Notes under the pieces: generated by a model
Told to the model about the DNA's origin: nothing
Databases searched by the model: none
The model's input: the letters and a program-made list of their open reading frames with translations, nothing else
Assembly: GCA_039096225.1 (NCBI GenBank)
Contig: JBBPEB010000013.1
Location: 1,550,001-1,614,000 of the forward strand
DNA from: Blastocystis sp. Blastoise
Taxonomy: Eukaryota > Protista > Bigyra: Opalinata
Direction of reading: 5' to 3'
DNA length: 64,000 nt
Part shown: positions 14,301 to 29,300 of the stretch, in pieces
Position numbering within the stretch: the first letter of the stretch is position 1
How the letters are laid out: each line of letters begins with the position of its first letter
Translations under genes and position numbers: made by a program

Positions 14301-17300
14301 CTTAGTAGTAGTAAGAGTAGATTTAAGACTATTAAGAGAAGCAACAGTAATAGATGTAGATATAATATCAATAGGAGCTTCACCTTTAAACATATAACAA
14401 GCATGATAAATACCAGCTTTATTAAATATATAATTAAGAGGAGTAACACCATAAGGTAAAGCATCAGTAACTGTACCTTGACATTTAACAGTAGAGAACC
14501 AGAAAGAATCAGAAGCATCCCAACCATTAACACCAACTAAATAAGCTTTAGGTTCATTAACTATAGCTAATTGTTCAATACCATCAACAGCAGTAACACT
14601 ATTAACTGAAACAACTCTCATAGTATATTCAGAATATAATATATAATTAGTCATTTCCATAGATTGTTCAATCTTATAAGCATAACATAAATTAAGAGGT
14701 ATACCAGTAGTAGTAGAAGCAGTAAAAGATAAAGAAATAATACTATCTTGAGAAGTAATAACATCATTCATATTAACAGGAGAAGAAGTACAATCATTTC
14801 CAAGAATATATTTTATACTAAATTCATAAATATCACGATTATTTACATATATAAATGATTTAGGATAATTAACATAAGCAGTCTTATCATTACCATAATT
14901 AGGAGGAGCAACCATAACATTAATTAAATCAACAATAAGTAGAGAATGAGAAGTATATTGAGCAATACCTTCATTAGCAAATTGATATTCAATATAAATA
15001 GAATCACCATCAATAGATCTAGGAACAGTAACTTCATAAGTATTTTTATTTACTTTATTAAGATTATTAGTAGCACCAATAAAAACAAGATTATCATTAT
15101 CAGAAATACCATTACCAGTAATACTAATAGTCTTCATTTGATCAGCTATAATATAATTCTTAAGAATATCTTCAGAAGTAATAGATTGAATAGAATAAAC
15201 ATCAAAAGCAGTATTATGGAAATATACTTGTTCATCTATAACAAAACAAGCATAAATCTTAGATTTATCAGTAGTTTCATTAGTAATAGAAACAGTAAAA
15301 ACTCCATTAATAATACTAATAGAATCAGTAATCTTATTAATATCATCACAAGATTCAGTATCAACAAAATATACAGAAGAAATAGATTCAACATGATCAC
15401 CAGTAATAGTAAATTGTTTAGGTAAATTAGAAACAATTACATAATTATTATAACCTTCAGTAGAAACAATAGTATTTACAGTAAAGATAGTAGTATAATA
15501 TAATTCATTATTATTAATATCTAAATGAATATGTTTATCTTCATCTTTAAATATATAACAAAGATAAGCCATAGGATAATTATAATTATTAAATGATACA
15601 GTAGCTTTATTATCAACAATATTAAATAATTCAACAGAATCCATATTTTGAATACTAGTACATTCATCAATAGAAGGAACAAAATAAATTTGATCTTCAT
15701 TTGAAATACCATAACCATTAAATGTTAAAGTAATAGTATCATGTTTTAAGACTATAGATGATTGAGAAGAAGTAACATTTTCAATACCATATACTTCAAA
15801 AGGAGTATTATAACTTACATATAAATGATCTTTATGTATTTCTTCAGCATTTGTAACAGAATAAGTAAATCCATAACAGAAATAAAGAGGAGAAGTATAT
15901 AAACTATTAAATTCTAATAGATGAATACCATTATCATATTCAAAAGTATGAATAATTTGAGTACATTCATTATTTTCACTAATAGCAACAATATCTTCAG
16001 ATAATAATCCAGTACCAGTAATAGTAATAGTCTTATTATTATTAATAAGTATTTTATTAAATATATGATCTTCTTGTTCAGCTTGTATATTTGTAATACC
16101 TTTAGATTGCATAAGATAAGGTTGACTACCAATAAATGTATTTTGATTATAACCTAATAAAACAAATTCTTTATTATTAAATTTATAACATAATTGATAA
16201 GGAGTATTAGAAGTCTTTTCAAAAGTAAATGTAGCAACACCATTTGTATCAACATTAATAAGAGTAGTTTCATCATTAAATCCTTCAGAAATACCTGAAC
16301 AATCAACAGCATTATTAGATACCCATTTAAATGAATCACCTTCAGTAGATACTAAAGAATAGAACTTAATAGTACTAGGTATACCAACAATACTAAATAT
16401 ATCTTCATAAGCTAATTTAAGTGAAGTAGAACCAATAGATAATTCCATAGAATCTATATATAAGACATCTAAAGTAATATGTAATTTTACTACTTCTTCA
16501 TTATCAAATTTATAACAAATAGCTACTTTAGTAGTATAAATATTAATATTTTGAGAATATTTATTATTTTCTAAAGCATATAAAGTCATAGAATTAGTAC
16601 AACTATCTCTATTATCAATAAGAACAACACGATCATTAGTATTTAAATTAGATCCAATAAATTCAATAGTAGAATCTTGAGAATAAACAACAGCATCATT
16701 ACGAGTACCAGGAGTAATAAGAAGACTCTTAACATAATATACATGTAAAATATCATCTGGAATAACAAATACATTTTCACCTACCATCTTATAACATACT
16801 TGATATTGATCAATATTAATTTCATTTAATGTAATTGTTACAGACATATCACTATTAACATTAGTATAAATAGCACGTTCACAACTATTATGAAGAGGAA
16901 CAACAGCTACTTGATCTTCAACACTAATATGAGTACCACTAATTGTAAATGTCTTAGGAACATTATATATAACATAATTAGAATTACCTTGAATAGCAAC
17001 TAAAGAATCAACTCTCTTAGAAGTAAATACATCAGATAATTTATACCATTGATTAGGTTGATATTTACTAAATTGATAACAAACATTCCAATAATCAGAA
17101 GTACTATAATCTAAAGTATAAGTAGCATATAAACTTTCAGCATTTTCTTCAACAGTAATAGAATCAATAGTATTAAAACCAACAGAATTACCATTACAAC
17201 CTTCATTTTCTAAAACAAATTTAATCTTATCACCAGCAGTAGCACCATTCATTAAAGTAACATCATCTAATAATCTTCTAAAACCAACGGATTTCTTAAC

Positions 17301-20300
17301 TAAAACAACAGTCTTAGTAACACCAACTAAAGCACTAAATCCTGAATAACCATCAGAACTAGTTAAAGTAGGTGTAGCAAGAGGAGTAAAACGTAAGTTT
17401 TCTAATATAATAGGTGCTTCTTTAACAGAATCTTTAACAAATACATAACATATATCATAAATATGACCAGCTTGAAGAGATGACATAGGATAAGTTATCT
17501 TTTTATTAACTATAGAAATAACAGATTCAGGTTCAATACATTCTTCACCAGATTCAATAATATAAGCATAATCATTATTAGAAACACCATTACCAACAAC
17601 ATTAAGAACAATAGTTTCATCATTAATAACTGGATAATTTATATTATAATTATTAGTACCTTCAAACGTATTAATACCATCAATACTAATAGAGAAATCA
17701 TTATACATCTTCCATGATTCACCACCAAATAAATAACATAATTTAAGAGATTGAGAAACACTTGTAGGATAAACAACAGTAACAGTATGATTTGTAATAA
17801 TAAATTCATAAGTAGATTCAGTACAAGAAGAAACAACAAATTTAATCTTATCACCATCAGTTATACTATTACCATAGAAAGTAAAAGTTTTTTCTTGACC
17901 AGCAACAACAGTAGTAGGATTACCTTCAGAAACAGTAATTTCAACAGGTAAAAGGCCTTTAATAGTAATAGGATAAAGAGGGAAATAATCACTATTAGGA
18001 TATTGATAACAAATATAATATTGTTTATCTAACATATCTTCATTAGTAAATATATAAGTAGCAGATAAATGATTATCAGAATTCATAATTACACTCTTTT
18101 CAGCAAATATTACATTACTATTACAATCTTCAGTTTCAACTATTTTAATCTTATCATTAATAGAAGCTAAACCTCCAGAAATAAGAAGTGTCTTTCTTTC
18201 ATTTAATATAAATACATTATTACTTGTTTCTTTACTATCTGTAAGAATAGGAGAATTTTCAACATGAATAGAGAAATTATCACCATCATATAATTTCCAT
18301 TCTTCACCTTCAAATTGATAACATAATTTATAATATTTAGAACCAGATTGTCTTAAAACAAACATAGCAATAAGATTATTATCAATATCTACATAAGGTT
18401 CAGTTAAAATAGTATTACTATCTTCACAATTAGTAGAAGTATTATCAATAAATTTAATACGATCACCTTCTTGAATACCATTACCAGTAAATTGAACATA
18501 AGATTGTTCATGAGTCTTAATATCACCAAGAATAGTACCTTGAACACCAGTCATACTATATACTTCATATATAGTAGTATTATATTCATTAAGTAATTGA
18601 ACTTTAGCACCATTAAATTGATAACATAAGAATACAGAAGAATCAATTACTTTATTAAATGTAATATCCATAGAATGATCAGTAATAGAAGTAATATCAG
18701 CAATATGTTCTTCATCTTCACAACTAGAAATAACAAGATAAGCATTATCATTCATAGAACTGCCAATACTATCTATACTAAATGTCTTAGACATATGATT
18801 AACAGCAGTAATAACATCATTATCTAAAGTAATATCATTAAATTGATATACAGCAATACTAATAAGATTATCACCATGAGGACCAAGTAAAATAGGTTGT
18901 TCATTATTAAATAAGAAACATATTTGATAAGTATCAATAGAAGGAGTCATAAAAGTAATAATAGCTTCATTATTTTCAAGTGTATAAGGACCATTAACAA
19001 TAGTACCAGAACAATCTATAGAATCAGAACTAACAAAATAGAAAGATCCATTAATAGAATCAGGAGTAGTAGTAAAATGAAGTAATTTAGGTTGATCAAC
19101 TACAGCAACAGAATTTATTAAATTATTTTCTGATTCAATAGAAAGAATACTATATACAGTATAAACTTCAGAAAGAAGAACATAAGATTCACTACCAAAT
19201 TTATAACAAGCTTGAATACTAGCAATCTTACTATTAATTTGTATATTAATAGAATCTAAAGAAAGTATATCAAGATAATTATCATTATTATTTAATAAAA
19301 TATCCATATTATCACAAGTAGATCCTTCAGGAATAAATTTAATCTTATCATTAATAGCAAATCCATTACCAATAACTTGATAATCATGAGATTGGCTAAC
19401 AACAAATTTATTAATAGATTCATTATTCATAGTTAAACCAGTAAATGTCTTAGTAGTAATAGAATATAAAGAATAAGGTTTAATAGTAGCATCACTAAAT
19501 TGATAACAGAATAAGAAAGTACCTTGATAAATACTATTAATATTAAGTTCATAATAAAGACCATCTTCATTAGAAACAACAGAAGTAGTATAAATTTTCT
19601 TATCACTTTCACAAGTAATATCATCAACATAATAAACTATATCACTATTTGTTAATCCAGTACCAGTTACATAAATCTTCTTAGGATTACCAATAACAAA
19701 AGTATTAATTGAACCATCAGTAGTAGTAAGACTATTAACATTTAAGTCACCTTCTGTTTCTTGTAAGAAACGTTTCATCATCTTAGACATCTTAAATATA
19801 GTATTTAATTTATTACTATTAATAGTATATTGAGAATATTTATTTATAATACCATTAGAATATTGATAACAAAGAACAAACTCAGTTATACCTGTATATT
19901 CAGTAATAAAAGTAAATGTACCTTGTTTATTAGAATTATATTCAAATATATTATTATTAGAATTAACAATAGGTAACATAGCTTTAGTATTAGAACATTC
20001 TTCTTTAGAAGATATAAACCAGAATTTACTATTTTCAAGATTATTACCATAAATAGAAATAGTTTTTTCTTGAATACTTAATTCATTAAGAGGAATATTA
20101 ACACCTTCCATAGAAATAAATTGAGAAATAATTATAGGTTTAGATTGTAATGTAATTATACCAACATTCTTAATATTAGCACAAATATATACAGAAGAAG
20201 CACCTTGTTTAGGAATAATAGACATAGTATTACTAAGAATTCTCATAGTATATGTATTATCAGAACCAGAAATCATAAGTTTATACATATCATTATCAAA

Positions 20301-23300
20301 ATTACATTGTTTATTATTAAGATAGAATACATCATCATTATGAATATTCTTTAAAGTATTAAATATAATAGGAGTAGATATACCAGCAATCATACTTTCA
20401 ATAGGTTCCATATTAATTTCAATAATATTCATAGTAATAGAAGAATGAAGAGTCCAATCAATAGTATTAAGAGATAAACATAATGAATATTCATTAGAAG
20501 AATTCTCATTAATCTTATGAATAGTATAAATAGAATCTAATTCACTCTTTGATAAAATAGATTTATTATCAAATAATAAAGTAGAAGTAGATGAACAAGT
20601 TTGACCATTTTCAACAAATTTAATATAATATTGTTTAGGTATTTCAGGTTTAATAGTAAGAATAAGTTTAGAAGCTTGATTATTTTGAGCTCTATTAGGT
20701 ATAATAGTATCGACTTGATAATTAGTTAATTGAATATCCATCTTATTCATTATATCATCATTATATTGATAACATAAATTCATTTCTTCTTGAGATTCTA
20801 TTATAGGTTCAATAGTAGAATCATTATCATTAATAGAGGATTCAGAAACATTATCAGCAATATAACTATCTTTAAGTTGTACCATAATATTATATAATTT
20901 AGTATTAGAATGTTCAGTAAATTGAATACCTTTAGTAGATTTAGCATAATAATGATTATCAAGAGAAGAAATCATAGAACCACTAATACCTTGTTCAGAA
21001 GGAGAATGAGTAGCAAAATGAATAAGAGAATCTCTATTACAATTCTTATTATTTGAAGAAGTAAAAGCATATAAATCATTCTTTTGTATATTATGACTAG
21101 ATAATTTAATAGAGAAAGAATCATTAATAGAAGTATAAGTAGCAGCATTCATATTAACCATAGTAATAGAAGGAATATAAGATAATAATTTATATTGTTC
21201 ATCTTTAGATGATTTATAACAATAAGATAATTTAGTATTTTCAGGTAAATTAAGAGATAAAGTAAATTGTTTCTTTTCATCAATAGAAGAAACATAAACA
21301 AAATCTTGTTCATTATTACAATTATCTGATTGAGTAAGAGCAATAGAATCTTGATTAGATATATCAATACCTTCTATAATAAATGTCTTAGGAATAGAAT
21401 TAACAAGAATAGTATTACTACCTTCAATAGCTTCAATCTTAGAAATACCACGAACAGCTAATTGGAAGTTATTCATAAAGAATGATTCTACAGTAGATAA
21501 AGTATTAAACATATAACAAAGATGATATAAACCAGCTTGAGAAGGATTAAATTTAAAAGCATATTGATTCTTATTAATTTCTTGAATAGAAAGAGGATTT
21601 TCAATATTCTTACAATCTTCTACATTAACAACAGGAACAACTGTATCAAGTTTACTAATATGATAACCATTAATAAATATATCATAACTAGAATTCATAT
21701 CATAAGTAGTATCTTGTAAACGTCTACCATTATCATTATTACCATTAAGAGTAGCAACTGTCATTTGTATAGAAGAATACATCTTATAAGGTTCATCAAC
21801 AAATCTATAACATAAAACATAAGTATTAGTAGTAACATGATCAAAAGTAACTATTGCATGACCACCTTCATCTACATTAATATCAGTCATTCCATTAGAA
21901 ACAAGAGCTTCATTAGCATTATCACAAGAAGTAGAAGTAGAAGGAACATAACGAATAAAATCACCTAAATGAATACCATAACCAGTAAATTGAATTTGTT
22001 TTTCAACACCAGCAACAGCAATAGAACTATCACTTGAATTAATATCATATACTTCTACTTGATATTTAGTAACTAATGAGAATTGTTCATCAGATCCATA
22101 TTTATAACATAAAGAATAATAACCATTAGAAGCAACAGTAAACATAATATTCTCAAAAATAACTTCAGTCATATCTGAGAAATAACTAACTGAATAAATA
22201 GAAGTTTCAAGAACAATATCAGCATCACAATCATTTCCAGAAACAAATTTAAGTTGATCATTAGTAGATAAACCATAACCAGAAATAATAAGATTTTCAG
22301 GAACATTAGCAACATAAACAAGAGAAGAACCTTTATTACTATCAATAGTATCAATACCTATAACAGTAGTAGTAATATCTTGATAGAAAACAAAAGGTTC
22401 ATCAGCAAATCTATAACAAAGAGAGAATTTATTATTAGTAGCAGTCTTTGAAGTTTCAAGGAATGTAATAGTAGATTTACCATTAGAATCAACAGCACTA
22501 GTAAATGTAGCAATAGAAGCAGTTGATAATTTATTAATAATAGGAGTACTAGATACTTCAACAATAGATCCTTCAGTATTTATAGCAATTTCACTATTAA
22601 TAAAACCACTATTTTCAAGAGAAGATTCAGAAATAGCAACAGCATCACTATTACAATCTGTACCCTTAACCCATTTTACTTGATCTAAAGAAGAACCTGA
22701 TGAAATACCAAAACCAGTAAATATATAAACATCAGTATTATAAGCAGAACTCTTACTAGAAGTACAAGTAGGACAATTTTCAGAAACAACAGCTTTAATT
22801 TCATTTACATGAATATCTAAAGAAGCTAACCATTTTTCACTAGCAAACTTATAACATAATACATAAGCATCATTAGAACCATTATCTAACATAAATGTAG
22901 CTTCAAAAGTATCATCTAATGTAACAACAGGAACTAAGAAATTATTACTATTACAATTAGTCTTTGAAATAGTGACTTGATCACCAACAGTAACACCATT
23001 ATTCTTATTACTATTAAATATATATGTCTTAGGATATTTAGCAACAATAGTATTAATATTACCAGTCATAGAAGTAACTTCATCTAAAGATAACACAGTT
23101 AAATATACAGAAGTAGGAATATAAGAGGATAAACTAGAAGGATGATAACACATTAATAAAGGTTCACTAGAAGATTCTAATAATAAGAAATCAATATAAT
23201 ATTTATCTTCTTCAACATTTTGATTAACTTCAACAGAATCAGTAACAATAAATTCACCATTAACTTGAATATTAGCACCAGATACAGAACAATCATTACC

Positions 23301-26300
23301 ACTAACAAACTTTAAAGAATCACCTAAAGTAATATTACCATAAACTTCAAATTTCTTAAATTGATTCTTAACAATAATACCATCAGCACCTTCTTGACTA
23401 TCATAAGCTTTAAGAGCAATAATAGAACGAACATATAACTTCTTTCTAGGATAATACATCATTTCTTCATTACCAAATGTATAACAAAGAGAGAACCAAC
23501 CAGCATCAACAAATTTAACTTGAGACATACCATTAATAACACTAGCTTCATATACTATATCATTAGAACCATCTACTTTCATACCTAAAGCATCTTCTAA
23601 ATTAGAACAATCTTCACCACCAATAAAACGGAATTTATCATTAACATTAGATTCACTAACACCATTACCAGTAAATTTAATAGTACTATCAGCATTAAGA
23701 ATAAAAACTTGATTATCTTCAAGAGTACTAAATGTATCAATAGAAAATACCTTAAAAGTAAATTGAGGATATTTAATATATCCTTCATTCTTAAATTGAT
23801 AACAAATAGTAATAGAAGAATAAGTAGCTTCAAAATTGAAAATAATTTGATTATTTTCATCTAAATTAGAAACATTAGTATGATTAAAGTTAGTAATAGC
23901 ATATTCTACTCTACAAGTATCATCAGAATGAATAAAGAAAACAGTATCTTCAGAAGAAATACCATTACCAGTAAATTGAATAGGAGAATCAGTACCAGCA
24001 ATAACTACATTAGGTAAATCATTAGGATAATCAGTATAACTAGTAACATCAGTTAAATCCCAAATATTAACATTAATAGAAGGATATAATAAATAAGGTT
24101 CATCACCAAATTTATAACATAAATTATATTGATGAGCAGTTAAACCAGAAGCAAATTCAAAACGAATTGTATTATCAGCAGCAACATACATAGAATCTCT
24201 TCCTGTATGAGTCTTCTGTAAAGCACTAAGTATAGGAGTACTATCACTCTTTACAGTAAAATGATCTTCAGTTTCTTGTTTATTGACTTCTAATAAAGAA
24301 AGATTATCACTATTTTCAATATAATCAGCATTATTTAATGTAGCTATATTAATATTACAATCATTACCACTAACCCATCTAGCCATATCTAAAGTCTTAT
24401 CAGATATACCTAAACCATTTACTTTAAATTGTTTCTTTGTACCAACAATAGCAATATTACTTTCTAAAGCAGAATTAATAGAATCAAAACTAGTTAATTC
24501 ATATACTTTAAGAGTATAACTAGAATATAATTTATAATGTTCATTAGAGAATTGATAACATAAAACTAATTCTTCAGTAAGACCATGAGCAAAAGAAATA
24601 GGAGCTTCATGATTACTATTAATACTAAGAGGACCATAAATAGCTTGATCTATATTACATTCAGATATACTCTTAGGCATATAGAAGAATTTATCATTTT
24701 CATGAATACCAATACCATTAAAAGTAAATACTTTAGGATAACCAGCTACAACTACATCATTAGAACCAAAATCAGAATCAATACTATCAATATCACCTAA
24801 AGTAACACTAATAGAAGTCTTTACCCAATAATCTAAATCTTTAAATTTATAACAAACTTGAAGATTACCTACAAGAGAATTCTTGAAATAAAGATTAGCT
24901 TTAAGATCAGAAGTAATAGGGAATGTTCTATCTTCATAAGGACTATCACATTCAGTATCAGTAGAACCATTTACTAAACATTGAGAATCAGTATTTGTCA
25001 TAGGAATAAAACGAATACTATCTTCAGCACTAATACCATTACCAAGTATATTAACTTCTTCAGAAATATCAGCTACAAGTACATTATATAAACCACTAGT
25101 AGAAGTAGATAAACCATTAAATGACTTAATTTCAATAGTAATAGTAGCATAAGAAGCAATATTATCAGTACTATAAGCATAACAAAGAGAATAAGTACCA
25201 GCAACAGCTTGAGAATCAATAACAATATCAGAACCAATATGAGTATCATCAATAGCATAAACACTATTTAAATTATCTTCAGTAGAAAGTTTTAAGTAAT
25301 AATCAGTTTCAGTACATTGATGTCCACTTAAAACAAAAGCAACTTTATCATTTCTTTCTTCATCATAATTATAAGCATTTAATATAAATTTTGTCATACA
25401 TCCAGCAACAACCATAGAAGGAGTAAGACTATCAACTTTAAGAGATTCAATAATAAATTGATAATCTTTAGGAGTTTCATTACCAAAAGTATAAGTTAAA
25501 GAATATTGTCCTAATTTATTAAATTTAATAGTAGAAGAATATTCTCCTTGAATAACATCAATAGGAGTTTGAATAGTTTCTTTAGTATTAATCCAAGAAG
25601 CATTATCAGTATCAACATAATTAGCATACCAATGACCAGTATAAATAATCTTTGTAGATTGACCATTATAAGTGACAGTAGAAGGAGTAACAGCAGTAAT
25701 ATAAACGACATTAAGAACAATAGAAGTCTTTAAATAACCTTCAACACCATTGAAATGATAACATAAAGAAAGAGGTTGTTCATGTTCATCAAAAGTATAT
25801 ATAGCTTGAATAGAAGTAAGATCATTATTAATCATAATATCTTTTACAGAAGGAGCATAAGTGACATCAGCAGTACATTCCATAGATGTATCAATCCATT
25901 TATAAGTATCTTCATTAGTAAAACCATAACCAGATAAAGTAAATGATTTAGGAACAGTAGCTACAATATAATCATTACTCATTGTATCAATAACAGAAGT
26001 AAAAGTACTAATAAAAGATACTTTAATAACAATATTAGATAATAAAATATAATCAATTTGATCTTTAGATTTATAACATAAAGACCAATTATTACCACCA
26101 AATCCAGTTTGGAATTGAATAGTAATCATATTATCAGTAATTACAACAGAATCAGATCCATCCATAAATTTAGCATAAGCATCAGGATTTGTATTACAAT
26201 CTTCACCAGACATTAAGAAACGAATAGAACCTTGTTCAAAATTACCAACACCTTGAATAGAAGCAGTAGATTCAACACCAGCAATAAAAGAAGAAGGAGT

Positions 26301-29300
26301 TAATGATTTTATATAAGGAGTTTCAATAAGCATATCTTTATATAATTTCCAAGGATGTTCACCAAATTTATAACAAATAGCAGCAGAAGCAGTAGAAGAA
26401 GTAATATGAACTCTAGCTACATATTGGTTATTAATAGATTGAACAATAGCCATAGGATTATTACCTGTTTGATCTTTATTGACAGTAACAGATTGAACAG
26501 AAGTACTAAAAGAAGTACATTTATATTGTTTAGGACAAGCTTTAGCTTCTTTAGATTCAATAATATCAAAAGAATCAGAAGTAACAGTAGGAATAACAAA
26601 TACACGTTCAGTATCAGTTTGAATACCAGAATTATCAATTAAATAACCATAAATATCGAAGTAATAAGCAACATTATTTTCATCGATAATTTCAATACGA
26701 TGGCCAATATCAATATTACCAAAAGTACAAGATCCCTTAATTTCTAATATATTATACATAGCTTCATAATGGAAAGAAGCATTAGAACAAGTAGGTCTAT
26801 AACACATAGAACATTCTTCAGAAGGTAATATGACAGATAAAGCATTATGAGAACCAGCAGGAGATAAAATAGTAATACCAAGAATAGTATTCCATTTACC
26901 AGAAGGTTGTTGAGCAGTTTCAAAAGTAACAATAGCATCATCAATAGAACTTAAATGTTCAATCTTTAATCTAGCATCAACAAGAGTATCCTGAATATCA
27001 ATAGGAATAGTTTGACTAATACCATCAGAAACAATAAAAGAACCAGTAGTAGGTTCTTCATTAAATTCAAGTATAATAGTTTGTTTTTCTTGTTTACCTG
27101 TAGTAGATTGAGAATAATAATTCCAACAATCACTATCAGAAGTAGATTCAGAATCAACTAAGAATATCTTATCACCTTCTTTAATAGATTGACCATTAAG
27201 ATGAAGATCAATAATAGAATCAGCAGCAGCTAAAGAAGGAGAAACACTATCTAAATGAGCTACTTCATACGATAAATTATCATATAACTTAGGACTAGTA
27301 GTCATATCAGGATTACTTAAATCATAACAAACTTTAACAGAATTCTTAGAATTAGTATTAATATAACTAGCATGAGAAGAATCACCTACAGAGAAAATAG
27401 TACTTTCATCATCACAAGTATTTTCAACTAAACGAACAGTATTAGCAGTAGAAGAAAGAGTAGAACAAGCACTACCAATAAATTCAACTTCTGATAAAAT
27501 AGTAAATTCAGTATTACCCCAATTACGTGTAATAATAAAACGGAAATAACGAGAAGCAACAGGAGTATTAAAAGGTATTTTCTTCCATATACCAGATTTA
27601 GTTTCATCTTGATCTAAATTATAAAGAATAGTTTCTGGAATATCTTTCCAAGGAGCATTAGGTTTAAAAGCACAATCTTCAGTATTACAACTATCTAAAT
27701 ATTGTAATTTAATATCACGAGCATTACTAAAAGTATAAAAACCATTAATAAAAATATTAAATTGAGAGAGAGTATGACAACTACCGAAATCATAAATAAT
27801 CCAATTATTTAATCCCCAAGTATATCCAGCATTTGAGAAAACAAATACCTTATCATTAGAATTACCATCAACAGTAACAGAAGGATAAGGAGAACCAGGA
27901 TATTTATTATGATAATATTTACTTAATTCAGGACAAGCATCAGTATTACAGATACCTCCAGTAAGATCAGTATTAGGAGTTAAAGTCTTATAATCAACAT
28001 TAGGTTGATAAATACCAAAACCATTGAATCTCATATAATAATTCATACCTTCAACAAGAATATTATCTGTAGTACTAGTTTGAGTAGAAACAACACCAGC
28101 TAAAACAACATCAAAAGCAGTAGTAGTATAAAGAGAAGAAGTAGCATGAATATAATAACATAAATGATATACACCAGGATCAGCAAAAGTAATATGACCT
28201 AACCAAGTTTGACCAAAAGAGAAACTAGAATCAATAGTAGTTTCCATAGTAACAGGAAGACGAGTTTGACAAAGATCATCAAGAGAATAAGAAATTTCAT
28301 CTTGAAGTTCAAAACCAATACCACTTAATTGAATAGTATAAGGAATATCTTCAATAGCATCAACAAAAGGCATAGCTATATTATCTTGAATAACATTCAC
28401 TTGACGTATACCACTAAGAATGAAATGTTTATTAGGTACTTTAAAACCATGAATACCACCAAAATAATATAAGAGATTCAAAGGATTTGAATTATAAGTA
28501 GCACCCATAGTAAGTTTGAAAGAGATCATAGTATTATTAGCAGAAAGAAGAGTGGAGACACTATCAACAACAGTAAAAGAATCATCAGCGAAAGATATCT
28601 TATCTTGATTCGTGAATCCATAACCAGTAATAGTAAAGATCATAGGTACACTCATATATAAATAAGAAGCATCAACTTCAATAGCTTTAATAGAGAAAGT
28701 TTGTTCAATATCAATACAGATATTTTGGAAATAATAAACGAAATGAAGATCATTATAAGGAGTAGTAAAAGTAAATACAGCAGTAGCTTTAGTATCAGTA
28801 AATGTAGAAATAGTAGAAGAAGCATAAATATCACCTATTTCATCACAAGAGCCACTAACAAGTTTTAAGGAATCACCCTTACCAAAACCAATACCATGAA
28901 TATATACTTCAGTTTCATCACCAACAACACCAAGAGGTATATTATCTACAAATTCAAGAGATTCAATAGAAGCAGTCTTAATAGTAAATGTAGGTTGAAG
29001 AAGAATAGCATTATTATTAGGGAATACTAAGCAAATAGAAGCATCTTGATAAGATGATTGTAAAACAAGAAGAGGACCAAGATTTGCAGAATATTCATTA
29101 ATAGCTACAGGACTAACAATAGTATTTTCAAAATTGCATTGAGCAGAACTAGTAAGACCAGATTTAAATAAACCAAGTTTCATAGAAGTAGGAAGTAATC
29201 CATCAATTTGAACAGTTTGAATACCACCAGCAGGTCCACTTAAAGGAGAAATAGTATTAATAGAATAAATAGGAATAGTATTATCAGTTTTATCGTTATT

